Positions 39,362 through 47,738 of a stretch of DNA of 47,738 bases are shown one piece after another. The DNA comes from a candidate division WOR-3 bacterium (GTDB lineage Bacteria > Hydrothermota > Hydrothermia > UBA1063). Position 1 is the stretch's first letter; the number at the start of each line of letters is the position of its first letter. The notes beneath the pieces are model-generated. The model did no database searches. It saw nothing but the letters and a program-made list of their open reading frames with translations, and had not been told where the DNA came from. The DNA is taken from NCBI GenBank assembly GCA_039803305.1, contig JBDRYG010000002.1, positions 1 through 47,738 of the forward strand. Reading direction: 5' to 3'. The position numbers and the translations under genes are program-made.

Positions 39362-41059
39362 TTATCGCTCCTCCGCCTCTTGGTGCTTTATATTATCATC
39401 CTTTTCCACCTTATTTTCAACTTTCGAGTCGATTCTGTATTTAGCTTTATTACCGTTCTGTGGTCTTTGCATTCTTACATCTTTAGCTTCCCCTTTTGTG
39501 TTTCCATTAGAGATTTTGCGAACCGGAGAATCTGCCTTAAACCTTGAACTTTCTTTAACTGCACCCTTTTCTTTATACTCCTTTTCTTCTACTTTCCAGG
39601 TTTGTGACCTTGGTAATCCCTCTTTTTCGATCTTTTCCCTGTAGTGGATTCTGGGATCTGTAGCTGGTTTTTTAGATTCCTCCCCATCTTCAATCTTAAC
39701 TGCCTCCTTCATTACGGGTTTTTGATTTTCAATATAAGGTTTGCGTGGACTCTTATCCTCTTCCCTTTCTAAAACATTAGAGCCAGTCTGTGGCTTAATG
39801 TATATCTCTGGACGGTCAAATTCCCTGTCTTCGGATTTAACCTCCCTTCCTTGCCATTTAGCTGGCTTTTCTTCGAAGACATCTCTTTTTTCTCCAGGAA
39901 TTACTTTCCTCTCCCTCCTTCCACTTTCTGGTAATACAGGTTTTTCCTGTTTTAATTCTATATCCCTTATGTAAGCTGGTTTTTCAGGTGAAGATTTATA
40001 CTTCACAATTTCTCTTGTATTTACTTCTTCCACAGTCCTATAAACTGCTTCCTTATAAACTGGTCCTTTTGGTGGCTTGTATCTATACACTGGTTTTTGG
40101 AAATCTTCTTTCCTTACAACATTTACTATTGTTATATTATTCACAACAACGATAGGTCTTCCATAATAATCAACAGGTGCCCATCCTATCCAGTCTGGAC
40201 CGTAATACCATTCCACCCAGGCTCCTGCAAAAGTTCCCCCAGGAATCCATACCCAACCGTACCCGGAGACATACATCCAGGAACCGTACCTGTAAGGTAT
40301 CCACCCCCAGGGTTCATAAGAAACCCATACCCAACCGATACCAACTCTATAAACCCAGTGACCGTCCACATATGGCCTCCAGCCGTGCCTAACCCTTGGA
40401 ACCCACACCCAACCATAGGGAGGGACATAGACCCATCGCCCGTGACGCCTTAAATATGGGACACCTGCATAGTAAGGAACAGGTATATATTCTATCCCTA
40501 CAACTGAATAATACTCCCTTTCTCTCTCCTCAGCCCAACGGTCAAACCTATCAGGTGCACCTAATCTCCCAGTGAATACTCTGCCCCTCTCGTAAATATA
40601 CTCCGTACCTGCATAAACCGGGCTTCTATTTACTTCTGCACGGCCTTTGAACACTTTAAGAGTAAAGTAAGATTTGCCAGTTTCCACCCTAACGACTGAA
40701 CTCTCATTAACATATACAGCTTGCTTATCTGTAAAAACACCAAATACCCTCTCCCTTGAATACAATCTGATTATACCCTCAGTGAGTGTAATATAAGCTC
40801 TATCATTTTCAATTCTTTCAAAATATATACTTGTATTCTCAGCAAGAGACAATACAGAACCGTCACTAAATTCGATTTCAAGATATGTGTTATCAAGAGT
40901 CTCGATCTCATCACCCTCGCCCACAATATTGTTTATAGTCAGCCACTCATAACCTTCATCTCCATAACGCCATATTCTGGCATCTCCCTGGATATCCCCC
41001 ACCCGGGCAAACTCATGGCCCGAGTAAACTAAAGAGAGGATCATCAAAAGTTTAATCAT
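39362..41059 (-). CDS. Secreted FecR-like beta-sandwich protein with a Trp/Gly/Tyr-rich repeat core and a K/E/R/P-rich tail
   Basis: 565 aa. N-terminal FecR-type pattern (GDIQGDARIW...IVGEGDEIETLDNTYLEIEFSDGSVLSLAENTSIYF). About aa 185-300 carry GWVWVP / GWVWVS / GWVWIP repeats. The C-terminal ~230 aa are low complexity. Confidence 0.7.
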   Translation of the reverse strand: MIKLLMILSLVYSGHEFARVGDIQGDARIWRYGDEGYEWLTINNIVGEGDEIETLDNTYLEIEFSDGSVLSLAENTSIYFERIENDRAYITLTEGIIRLYSRERVFGVFTDKQAVYVNESSVVRVETGKSYFTLKVFKGRAEVNRSPVYAGTEYIYERGRVFTGRLGAPDRFDRWAEEREREYYSVVGIEYIPVPYYAGVPYLRRHGRWVYVPPYGWVWVPRVRHGWRPYVDGHWVYRVGIGWVWVSYEPWGWIPYRYGSWMYVSGYGWVWIPGGTFAGAWVEWYYGPDWIGWAPVDYYGRPIVVVNNITIVNVVRKEDFQKPVYRYKPPKGPVYKEAVYRTVEEVNTREIVKYKSSPEKPAYIRDIELKQEKPVLPESGRRERKVIPGEKRDVFEEKPAKWQGREVKSEDREFDRPEIYIKPQTGSNVLEREEDKSPRKPYIENQKPVMKEAVKIEDGEESKKPATDPRIHYREKIEKEGLPRSQTWKVEEKEYKEKGAVKESSRFKADSPVRKISNGNTKGEAKDVRMQRPQNGNKAKYRIDSKVENKVEKDDNIKHQEAEER

Positions 41060-41840
41060 GATAAACCTCCTTATTACTTTCCTTCTTTAAACCCCTCACC
41101 AATTCTCTATTTCCAGGCGCTACTTGATAAGCCCAGTCAAATACGACATAACTATCACTTAAGGCTTTAATCCTGATTTTTGCGAAATGGTTGTCTCTTG
41201 TCCAAAACACATAAACGTGGCCAACAAGTGCTTGAACTTCACCATCTTCATCCCAGCCATCAAGCGGTGCATAATCCACATCATCCATTTCCCAGGCGCC
41301 TAAATCTTGTACCAATGTACCCCTTGTGGCAACAAGAAGACGAACACCTGAAGCGACATCAAAATAAAAATCACAACTCGAAGCACTATAAGGAACGGGC
41401 TGATACTGAGAAAAGCAATAACCTGCAAAGGATGGCAGATAATCTTTTTCAAATATTTTCATATTGTACCCCTCGGGTCTTGGCGTATCAAAACAGTCTT
41501 CCTCTGAAAGATCACTCTCATTACCCGCCGTATCATACGCACTTACAGCATAAAAGTAAGTAATGCCGTTCTCCACATCTCTATCCACATAGTACGGTTC
41601 CTTTACCTCTGCTATCAGTCTAAAATACCCTGAAGGCGCATTGTTTCTGTATATCTTGTAACCTGCAAGATCAGGTTCCTTATTGGGATTCCAGAAAAGA
41701 TAAACAGACTTATCTCCAGTAATACTCCTTAAACCTGTTGGAGGATCTGGAGGAGTTCTGTCTATCGTCGAACAGCCTGTAAAAACAATAAGGAACACCG
41801 AGAAGCCAAGGAACCTCAAGGCTCTTTTTAAGTTTGTCAT
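41052..41840 (-). CDS. Lipoprotein with an FN3 domain
   Basis: 262 aa. Lipobox FTGC, FN3 pattern (PPTGL...W.PN.EPDLAGYKIYR...YFYAVSAYDTAGNES). AGGAGG Shine-Dalgarno upstream. Confidence 0.65.
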   Translation of the reverse strand: MTNLKRALRFLGFSVFLIVFTGCSTIDRTPPDPPTGLRSITGDKSVYLFWNPNKEPDLAGYKIYRNNAPSGYFRLIAEVKEPYYVDRDVENGITYFYAVSAYDTAGNESDLSEEDCFDTPRPEGYNMKIFEKDYLPSFAGYCFSQYQPVPYSASSCDFYFDVASGVRLLVATRGTLVQDLGAWEMDDVDYAPLDGWDEDGEVQALVGHVYVFWTRDNHFAKIRIKALSDSYVVFDWAYQVAPGNRELVRGLKKESNKEVYHD

Positions 41841-41952
41841 AATACACCTCCTTTGCCCTAATTATTGCAAAAGGTGTGCCACAAAATATGGATAGGTTTG
41901 AACAAGATCTATGCAAAAAAGGATGGATTATGCACAAAAAATGTGCACTTAA

Positions 41953-42990
41953 TTATTTTGCTCTCAAAAAGGGACCATCCTGAATAAATAAAAACTCTGG
42001 TTTTTCTTCGTACAACATCATATGGGAATCAAGGTCATGAAAATCAAAGGCACCTGTGCCTAAAGAGAAAAGAACACTTTGGCTAATGCCGAGTGAAGAC
42101 TCCCCCATACAACCAATCATAAGTCTAACTCCACTTGCTTTAGCCATCTCAACAATAGCCAAAGCATCCGATATTCCCGATTTCATCAGCTTAATATTAA
42201 CATAGTCTACAACCTCGCTCTTGATGAGTCTATAAACATCAAACTTTGTCCTGGCTGACTCATCAGCGGCCACGGGAAATGGTGAATGAAACCTTACAAA
42301 TTTTAGTCCATCCAGATCTTGATAATGAACAGGTTGTTCGAAAACAGCAATATCGATACCACTCCTATAAATCTCCCTAACGAAAGACAAGGCTTCTTTT
42401 GGAGAATAACCCATATTGGCATCTACAATATAGGTTGATCCTGGCGTTTTTTCAGCGATGGCCTTCATAGCCTCAATATCCTCATTCAGGTTTTCCCCTA
42501 CTTTTATTTTGATATGCCTGAAACCCTTCTCATAAATAGCCCGTGCATCTTTTAAACGTTCTTCAAGGGGACCTATACCTACTGTCATGTCCGTTTGAAT
42601 CTCACTCTTAAGCCCGCCCCAAAATTTATCCACTGTCATACCAAACTCTTGACAAAATGCATGAATAGTAGCAAACTGAATAGCTGCCTTCAAACTTGGA
42701 GATGCAATCAGTTTGTCAGTAAAGTCAAAAACCTTCCTGTATTCGCAGGTATTAAGCCCTTTTAAGCTCTCCTTTAAGAAGGACTCCATGGCGATGAGCG
42801 CTTCAACCTTTTCACCGTTTACCCTGAATGAAGGGGATGCCTCCCCGAGTCCAACAATACCTTCCTCGGTATACAAAGTCACCCTTATATTAGTACTCGA
42901 AGTTGATATACTACCAGTGATGTGAAAAGGTTTAAAATACTCAAACTGCACTTGTTCTAATTTTATGTCCTTTATCTTAGCCATTATCAC
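41953..42990 (-). CDS. Dipeptide (L-Ala-D/L-Glu-type) epimerase, enolase superfamily MLE subgroup
   Basis: 345 aa. IKIKVG (KxK), DAN, EQP, ADE metal ligands and the second catalytic Lys in NIKLMKSG. Confidence 0.78.
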   Translation of the reverse strand: MIMAKIKDIKLEQVQFEYFKPFHITGSISTSSTNIRVTLYTEEGIVGLGEASPSFRVNGEKVEALIAMESFLKESLKGLNTCEYRKVFDFTDKLIASPSLKAAIQFATIHAFCQEFGMTVDKFWGGLKSEIQTDMTVGIGPLEERLKDARAIYEKGFRHIKIKVGENLNEDIEAMKAIAEKTPGSTYIVDANMGYSPKEALSFVREIYRSGIDIAVFEQPVHYQDLDGLKFVRFHSPFPVAADESARTKFDVYRLIKSEVVDYVNIKLMKSGISDALAIVEMAKASGVRLMIGCMGESSLGISQSVLFSLGTGAFDFHDLDSHMMLYEEKPEFLFIQDGPFLRAK

Positions 42991-44366
42991 GCCTCCCTAA
43001 ATTCTAATACTTCAATCTTATGCTCTCCATAAGCCTTACCATTCTCGTATTCAGCCTCTCCTACTTGATTATCATAAGGATCCTCCCTAATAAAATTGGT
43101 TTCAGGGTAAAAATCACACATAAATTCGTCATTTGCAATCATTCTACATCCATCAAGGTTCCCAAGGTAGAACATTCTTCTTGAGAGGTCATCTTTCTTT
43201 TTGCCACCAAAGGATAAATCGACTGGTCTCCAGCCATACTTGCCAAAATAAGCAACCGCCCAATCATGGGGTGAAGCACCAAATGGCGTTATGAACCAGC
43301 CGGACTGCCACCTTGCTGGAATACCTAAAATCCTACAAAGGGCTATGAATAATAGAGCCTGAAAACCACAATCCCCCCTAAGATTCTCAGCTACGAATTG
43401 TGGGATGTTATCATAGAAAATGTAAGGTTTCACATATGAATAGCGAACTTTTAGGGTTACAAAATCATATACATTTTTGATCCTTTCAATAAATGTATCG
43501 TCACTTTTTGTAATGTCCTTAGCAATAATTTTGAGAGAAGGTGTAAAAACAAGGTGTGGAGCCTTCTCTTCAAGAAACTCCTCTATTTTTTCAGTATCTC
43601 CATTTGATTTAAACTTTTTTTCACAAAAACTATTAAATAGCTCAGGTGAAAATTGCTCTGAAATGTGGTAGCAAAATTCAACCCAGAATTCTTCCGTGTC
43701 GTAACCTGAGAATGAGACAGTCCTCTGGAGAATTTGATTATCCGAAATTATCGCATCTTCGTGACTTACTCCCAGTATCTGTGCAGAAGACTGTGCGATG
43801 GAATTTCGCGGCATGGGTAACCACAACCTGACTTTCCTACCAACAGGGTATTTAAACCAATAAGTAATTCGGGCCCTTACATACCAATTTTTTGGCTTAT
43901 CCCCTGCTATAAGCTCTCTTACTCTTTCTTCCAGGAATTCCCTTGCTTTTACGCTATCCGGTGACTCTATGATCCTTCCCTTTATCTCTGGAAACATAAA
44001 TCCCAAATTGTCAATAAACCTTCTTTCAACAAGAATCTTTGAGTTATATCTGATAAAATCTATAAATCCCCTTTTAAAATAGCTTAAAAACTCTTCATCC
44101 GTAAAATCGCGAATTTTCTGCTTTGCTTCTTTTAAAGCGTCTTCAAAGGTAAAGGGGTAGGCAAAGGGCAGTCTTTCAATTCTTAGTAGCTCTATTTGCA
44201 AACGCTTTCTCATATACTCTGGAATGTCTTTCCTGAGCCACCATTCAATTAAGTCCTTAGCTGCAAGATAATCTTCCCCTGATTCAAGTTTCTTTATCTC
44301 CTCAGGAAGGTCAAAGATAAGGTATTTTAGATCAGAGAGAGTGTTCCTTCTCATCACCGATTCCAC
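42987..44366 (-). CDS. Transglutaminase-like cysteine peptidase-fold protein
   Basis: 459 aa. Core GDCGFQALLFIALCRILGIPARW (Cys), then PHDWAVAY (His) and a downstream Asp. Confidence 0.78.
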   Translation of the reverse strand: MESVMRRNTLSDLKYLIFDLPEEIKKLESGEDYLAAKDLIEWWLRKDIPEYMRKRLQIELLRIERLPFAYPFTFEDALKEAKQKIRDFTDEEFLSYFKRGFIDFIRYNSKILVERRFIDNLGFMFPEIKGRIIESPDSVKAREFLEERVRELIAGDKPKNWYVRARITYWFKYPVGRKVRLWLPMPRNSIAQSSAQILGVSHEDAIISDNQILQRTVSFSGYDTEEFWVEFCYHISEQFSPELFNSFCEKKFKSNGDTEKIEEFLEEKAPHLVFTPSLKIIAKDITKSDDTFIERIKNVYDFVTLKVRYSYVKPYIFYDNIPQFVAENLRGDCGFQALLFIALCRILGIPARWQSGWFITPFGASPHDWAVAYFGKYGWRPVDLSFGGKKKDDLSRRMFYLGNLDGCRMIANDEFMCDFYPETNFIREDPYDNQVGEAEYENGKAYGEHKIEVLEFREA

Positions 44367-44874
44367 TTTTCGCTAACCGTTCTTTTATCAGATAAATATA
44401 CTTCAAGACAGGGGAAGGAACCATCTGGGAAACATCGCCACCCAGAACCACAATCTCCTTTACAAGGGTTGAAGATATATATGTATACTCCTCAGATGGT
44501 AAAAGGAAAATAAGTTCAATCTCGGGGAAAAGACGTCTGTTCATCCAGGCCATTTTGAACTCATATTCAAAGTCAGAAACTGCCCTCATACCTCTTATTA
44601 CTACCCCTATTTCTTTTGCTTTGCAATAGTCCATAAGAAGTTGACCTCTAAGGATATCAACTGATACATTAGGAAGATGTGCAATACTCTCCCGCACCAT
44701 GTTTAGTCTCTCATCTATATCGAAAAGACACTTCTTATGCAAAGGGTCAGCGACTAATATAACTACTTTTTCAAATACCCTCGAAGCCCTCTCGACTATA
44801 TCAAGATGGCCCAGAGTTATCGGATCGAAGGTCCCCGGGTAACATGCGGTAGTATACAATTTTTGTTTGTCCAA
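44332..44874 (-). CDS. coaD: Phosphopantetheine adenylyltransferase
   Basis: 180 aa. YPGTFDPITLGHLDIV nucleotidyltransferase motif. Follows rsmD, a conserved pairing. Confidence 0.93.
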   Translation of the reverse strand: MDKQKLYTTACYPGTFDPITLGHLDIVERASRVFEKVVILVADPLHKKCLFDIDERLNMVRESIAHLPNVSVDILRGQLLMDYCKAKEIGVVIRGMRAVSDFEYEFKMAWMNRRLFPEIELIFLLPSEEYTYISSTLVKEIVVLGGDVSQMVPSPVLKYIYLIKERLAKSGIGDEKEHSL

Positions 44875-45385
44875 AGTTTGCCTCCTTTGTTTTACTTAAA
44901 CCCTGAAAATTATCAGGAAGCTGGGTCTTGTTGCGCACCTCTACTATATAAACACCCATAGGCACCAATAACGAAACAATCCTTTTAAAAATTTCATCAT
45001 GAAACTGAAAGTCATAGGGCGGGTCGGCAAAGATAAGGTCAAATTTCATACCTTCTCGAACCAGCTCGTTCAACGCTCTAATAAAATCCCCCTTTATGAC
45101 TTTAATTCTACTACTAAAACCCAGTGATTTAGCATTTTCCACAATAGAAAGTACTCCGTCCCTTGACTTTTCTATAAATACGCAGAACTCCGCACCTCTA
45201 GATAGTGCCTCAAATCCTACCGCCCCAGAACCGGCGAAAATTTCCAAAACCTTTGAATTTTGAACTTCATCCCGAAGAGTATCAAAAATTGAACGCTTCA
45301 CTATCCCACGGGTTGGCCTTATTCCCTTAGGGACTTTCAAATTTCTTCTTTTACCCTCACCACCCGTGAGTTTGACCTTCCCCAT
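44801..45385 (-). CDS. rsmD: 16S rRNA (guanine966-N2)-methyltransferase
   Basis: 194 aa. RPTRGIVKRSIFDTL, SGAVGFEALSRGA and ADPPY motifs. Confidence 0.9.
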   Translation of the reverse strand: MGKVKLTGGEGKRRNLKVPKGIRPTRGIVKRSIFDTLRDEVQNSKVLEIFAGSGAVGFEALSRGAEFCVFIEKSRDGVLSIVENAKSLGFSSRIKVIKGDFIRALNELVREGMKFDLIFADPPYDFQFHDEIFKRIVSLLVPMGVYIVEVRNKTQLPDNFQGLSKTKEANFGQTKIVYYRMLPGDLRSDNSGPS

Positions 45386-46079
45386 GTTTTGAAATCCTAT
45401 TAATACTCAGTTTTTCCTTATCTAAAAAATTGAAAAACTCGTCCCAAAAAGCTTGCTCAGACTTCAAATCTTCTGTGAAAAAAGTGACCTTTACTTCAAC
45501 CTCATTTAAGGCTATTGATACAAATTCAATCTGAAACTCAGGTGATACTAGAACGTGGGTACAATTTCTAAGAAATTCCTCAAGCTTTTTTAAAAGATTT
45601 GTATAAATCTCGACAGGGAAAAATAGAGAAAATTCAACTTTCCTTGGTAGTACTTTCCTGAGTTTCTTTACCCCTCTAATTAGTAATGCTTGAACGGGTA
45701 TCATGTACTCACCGCTCTCTGAGATCGCCATAATGAAATTCTTACCGACAGATTTAACCACCAGATTTTCACCCTCCCACAATATTAAGTCTCTTTCCTT
45801 AAGGTCAACCTTGACGCTTTCCTCCTCTTCCTTAAATAAGAGATTTATACTCGATAGAATACCGAGAATGACAATTCCGGAGAATATCAATACAGAACTA
45901 ATGGCAACATTAAGCAAAAGTAACAAAGCATCCAGAAAAATAAGTGAAGTTGTTAGTCCAATTTGAAGCCTGTACCTCTTGACCCTCTTATTTTTTAAAA
46001 TTAACAAGGGCTCAATGGCAACCCAGTAAAGGGCGTATAAGGGAAAAAGCAGGATTAATATTATCAACTTCCAATCCAC
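45357..46079 (-). CDS. Membrane protein, possibly a small MscS-like channel
   Basis: 240 aa. Three N-terminal TM helices, then a beta-domain-like stretch (DLILWEGENLVVKSVGKNFIMAISESGEYMIPVQALL) and an alpha/beta C-terminal region. Similarity judged by eye only. Confidence 0.4.
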   Translation of the reverse strand: MDWKLIILILLFPLYALYWVAIEPLLILKNKRVKRYRLQIGLTTSLIFLDALLLLLNVAISSVLIFSGIVILGILSSINLLFKEEEESVKVDLKERDLILWEGENLVVKSVGKNFIMAISESGEYMIPVQALLIRGVKKLRKVLPRKVEFSLFFPVEIYTNLLKKLEEFLRNCTHVLVSPEFQIEFVSIALNEVEVKVTFFTEDLKSEQAFWDEFFNFLDKEKLSINRISKHGEGQTHGW

Positions 46080-46081
46080 AG

Positions 46082-46762
46082 CTACCTCCAGATTCTCATA
46101 TCATAGTCTTTCTTTAAAACTCTCTTTCTACCAAGAAGCTGCGCATTCTCTTCACCCGAACTTACAAGGAGCGAACCCTCAAAAAAGGATTTTCCAGTGA
46201 AGTATGTCGTTAGCCCATCTTCTTTTTCTACACATTCCACAATTTCCGAAACCACAAAATTTCTATGTAAAAACCAATCCAGCTGATAGGTTTCCATTGG
46301 TATACTCTTAAGTGCTACAATCCTCTTCTCCTGACTTCTAAGCCTCACCGGAATATAATAGAAAAACTCGCTAAATACCGTAAAATCTGGACGAACAGTG
46401 GTTATGTAATAAAAATCATCATCGGGGAAAAAATGAGCCCTGTAACCCTTTTTAAGGGGCTCCGGGCTTATGTGAAAATTAAGATATACTGGACCTTGCT
46501 TTATTACGATTTCTGCAGATGGTGGGATGGGAATGAAGAGAATCTCTCTAAAATTGGGCGAAATTACAATCTCCTCCTCAAAACTTATGAGCAAAGGCAA
46601 ATCATATCCAGTCGGCTTCAGTCTAACATCATCCTCTTTCACTTCTCCATAAATTGGAAACTCCTTAACTACAAGTCGATTGTATGAAAGGACAATCTCA
46701 CTTTTTGTGGAGTAGGAGTTAACAGTAAGTTCAAAAACTGATAATTTCTTCTCAAATCTCAT
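46082..46762 (-). CDS. Hypothetical cytoplasmic protein
   Basis: 226-aa ORF, first gene of the operon that ends with rsmD-coaD and the transglutaminase/epimerase genes. No motif recognised. Confidence 0.5.
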   Translation of the reverse strand: MRFEKKLSVFELTVNSYSTKSEIVLSYNRLVVKEFPIYGEVKEDDVRLKPTGYDLPLLISFEEEIVISPNFREILFIPIPPSAEIVIKQGPVYLNFHISPEPLKKGYRAHFFPDDDFYYITTVRPDFTVFSEFFYYIPVRLRSQEKRIVALKSIPMETYQLDWFLHRNFVVSEIVECVEKEDGLTTYFTGKSFFEGSLLVSSGEENAQLLGRKRVLKKDYDMRIWR

Positions 46763-46826
46763 TCCATTAAATATTATAATGCTATCGTTAAAATGGATGA
46801 AACGCGGGCTTTATAATTACAATATT

Positions 46827-47738
46827 ATGTTTAAGGACCCTTCCCTGGAAGAAATTCATATCAAATTTCAGGAACTCAAGAAATTCATGAATTTTGAAAA
46901 CCTTATAAGCAAAATTGCAGAAATCGAAAAACTTCAGGAAAGTCAAGACTTCTGGGCAAATCCAGAAAAGGCTCAAACCCTCCTCCAAGAACTCTCAAGC
47001 ATTAAAAGGCAAGTTGAAGAAGTAAAACAGCTTGAGGAACGTTTTAAATATTTAAAGGAACTCGAAGAGATAAAAGACGAAGATCCAGAATTTTTTCAGG
47101 AATTCGAAAAGGAAAAAAAAGAAGTAGAAGAAACACTAACCGATTTAGAGATTAAAACGGTATTACAATCGCCCGATGACCCAAAAAACGCAATTTTAAC
47201 CATCCATCCAGGAGCTGGGGGCACGGAATCCCAGGATTGGGCCGAAATGCTTCTCAGAATGTACCTTCGCTTTTTTGAAAAGAAAGGTTTTAAGTACAGA
47301 ATTGTAGACTTACAACCTGGAGAAGAAGCTGGTATTAAGGATGCAACAGTATTAGTGGAAGGAGAATACGCATATGGTTTTTTGAAGGCAGAACGCGGGG
47401 TTCACCGCCTTGTCAGAATTTCTCCTTTCGATGCATCCAGGAGAAGACACACATCCTTCGCTTCGGTATTTGTATATCCAGAAACGGAAGATGTGGAAGT
47501 CACAATTAACGAAGAGGATCTGAAAGTTGACACCTTTAGATCCTCAGGTCCAGGTGGTCAGCACATGCAGAAGAACGAAACTGCTGTAAGGATAACACAT
47601 ATTCCTACAGGTATCGTAGTTTCTTGCCAATCCGAACGTTCTCAATATCAAAATAAGTTAACAGCGTTGAGAATTCTGAAAGCACGTTTATATGAGTATT
47701 ACAAAGAAAAAGAGAGGGAAAAACTTGGAGAAATAGAA
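46827..47738 (+). CDS. prfB: Peptide chain release factor 2 (5' portion; runs off the window end)
   Basis: Open-ended, so absent from the ORF track. My translation is [20 protein letters not shown]...[16 protein letters not shown]...RISPFD (SPF)...GPGGQH (GGQ). A single continuous frame runs from ATG 46827 to the window end. Confidence 0.9.
   Translation, partial: MFKDPSLEEIHIKFQELKKFMNFENLISKIAEIEKLQESQDFWANPEKAQTLLQELSSIKRQVEEVKQLEERFKYLKELEEIKDEDPEFFQEFEKEKKEVEETLTDLEIKTVLQSPDDPKNAILTIHPGAGGTESQDWAEMLLRMYLRFFEKKGFKYRIVDLQPGEEAGIKDATVLVEGEYAYGFLKAERGVHRLVRISPFDASRRRHTSFASVFVYPETEDVEVTINEEDLKVDTFRSSGPGGQHMQKNETAVRITHIPTGIVVSCQSERSQYQNKLTALRILKARLYEYYKEKEREKLGEIE

Noticed and set aside
40097-40453. 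Three overlapping ORFs (118, 71 and 80 aa) inside the 565-aa gene
   Set aside because: They are stop-free by accident of the repetitive Trp/Gly/Pro codon composition of the GWVW repeat region, not independent genes.
46788-46988. 66-aa minus-strand ORF
   Set aside because: It lies antisense to the 5' part of prfB and to the divergent promoter region. No motif or Shine-Dalgarno sequence supports it.
1-47738. Mobile elements, prophage or known defence systems
   Set aside because: No transposase, integrase, reverse transcriptase, Cas, restriction/modification, toxin-antitoxin or phage structural motifs were recognised in any ORF.

Overview
AT-rich, very compact bacterial window. Neighbouring genes mostly overlap or sit under 30 nt apart, and several convergent gene ends overlap. 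It probably comes from an anaerobic, possibly thermophilic diderm: there are [FeFe]-hydrogenase-type NuoE/NuoF genes, an LptE-like lipoprotein and a strongly GC-rich RNase P RNA. Most of the content is housekeeping. From left to right: (1) a minus-strand operon (1-6754) with two NuoE/NuoF-like pairs interleaved with a kinase-like/DRTGG/PHP module; (2) mgtE, then tig-clpP-clpX-lon-hflX; (3) ptb-birA-coaX; (4) a radical-SAM gene plus a 788-aa FN3/LVIVD lipoprotein, bracketed by two unusually long ORF-free stretches (17058-17519 and 20641-21655); (5) a DRG-like GTPase, murA, rlmD and an LptE-like gene; (6) a nine-gene minus-strand operon from gcvH to kbl that mixes threonine-to-glycine genes with alpha-only subunits of two enzyme complexes (gcvPA without gcvPB, korA without korB); (7) rnpB, a MerR regulator and uppP; (8) a four-gene cluster of secreted proteins centred on a FecR-like protein with a Trp/Gly/Tyr-rich repeat core; (9) a transglutaminase-like protein plus a dipeptide epimerase, rsmD-coaD, two unknown genes, and prfB without the usual programmed frameshift. 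I saw no tRNA, rRNA, CRISPR array, transposase, integrase, reverse transcriptase or recognisable defence genes. The best candidates for something undescribed are the ~1 kb ORF-free segment, the hydrogenase-linked regulatory module with cysteine-less ferredoxin-fold proteins, the secreted FecR/W-rich cluster and the orphan-alpha-subunit operon. All functional calls rest on motif recognition by eye; no database search was possible.
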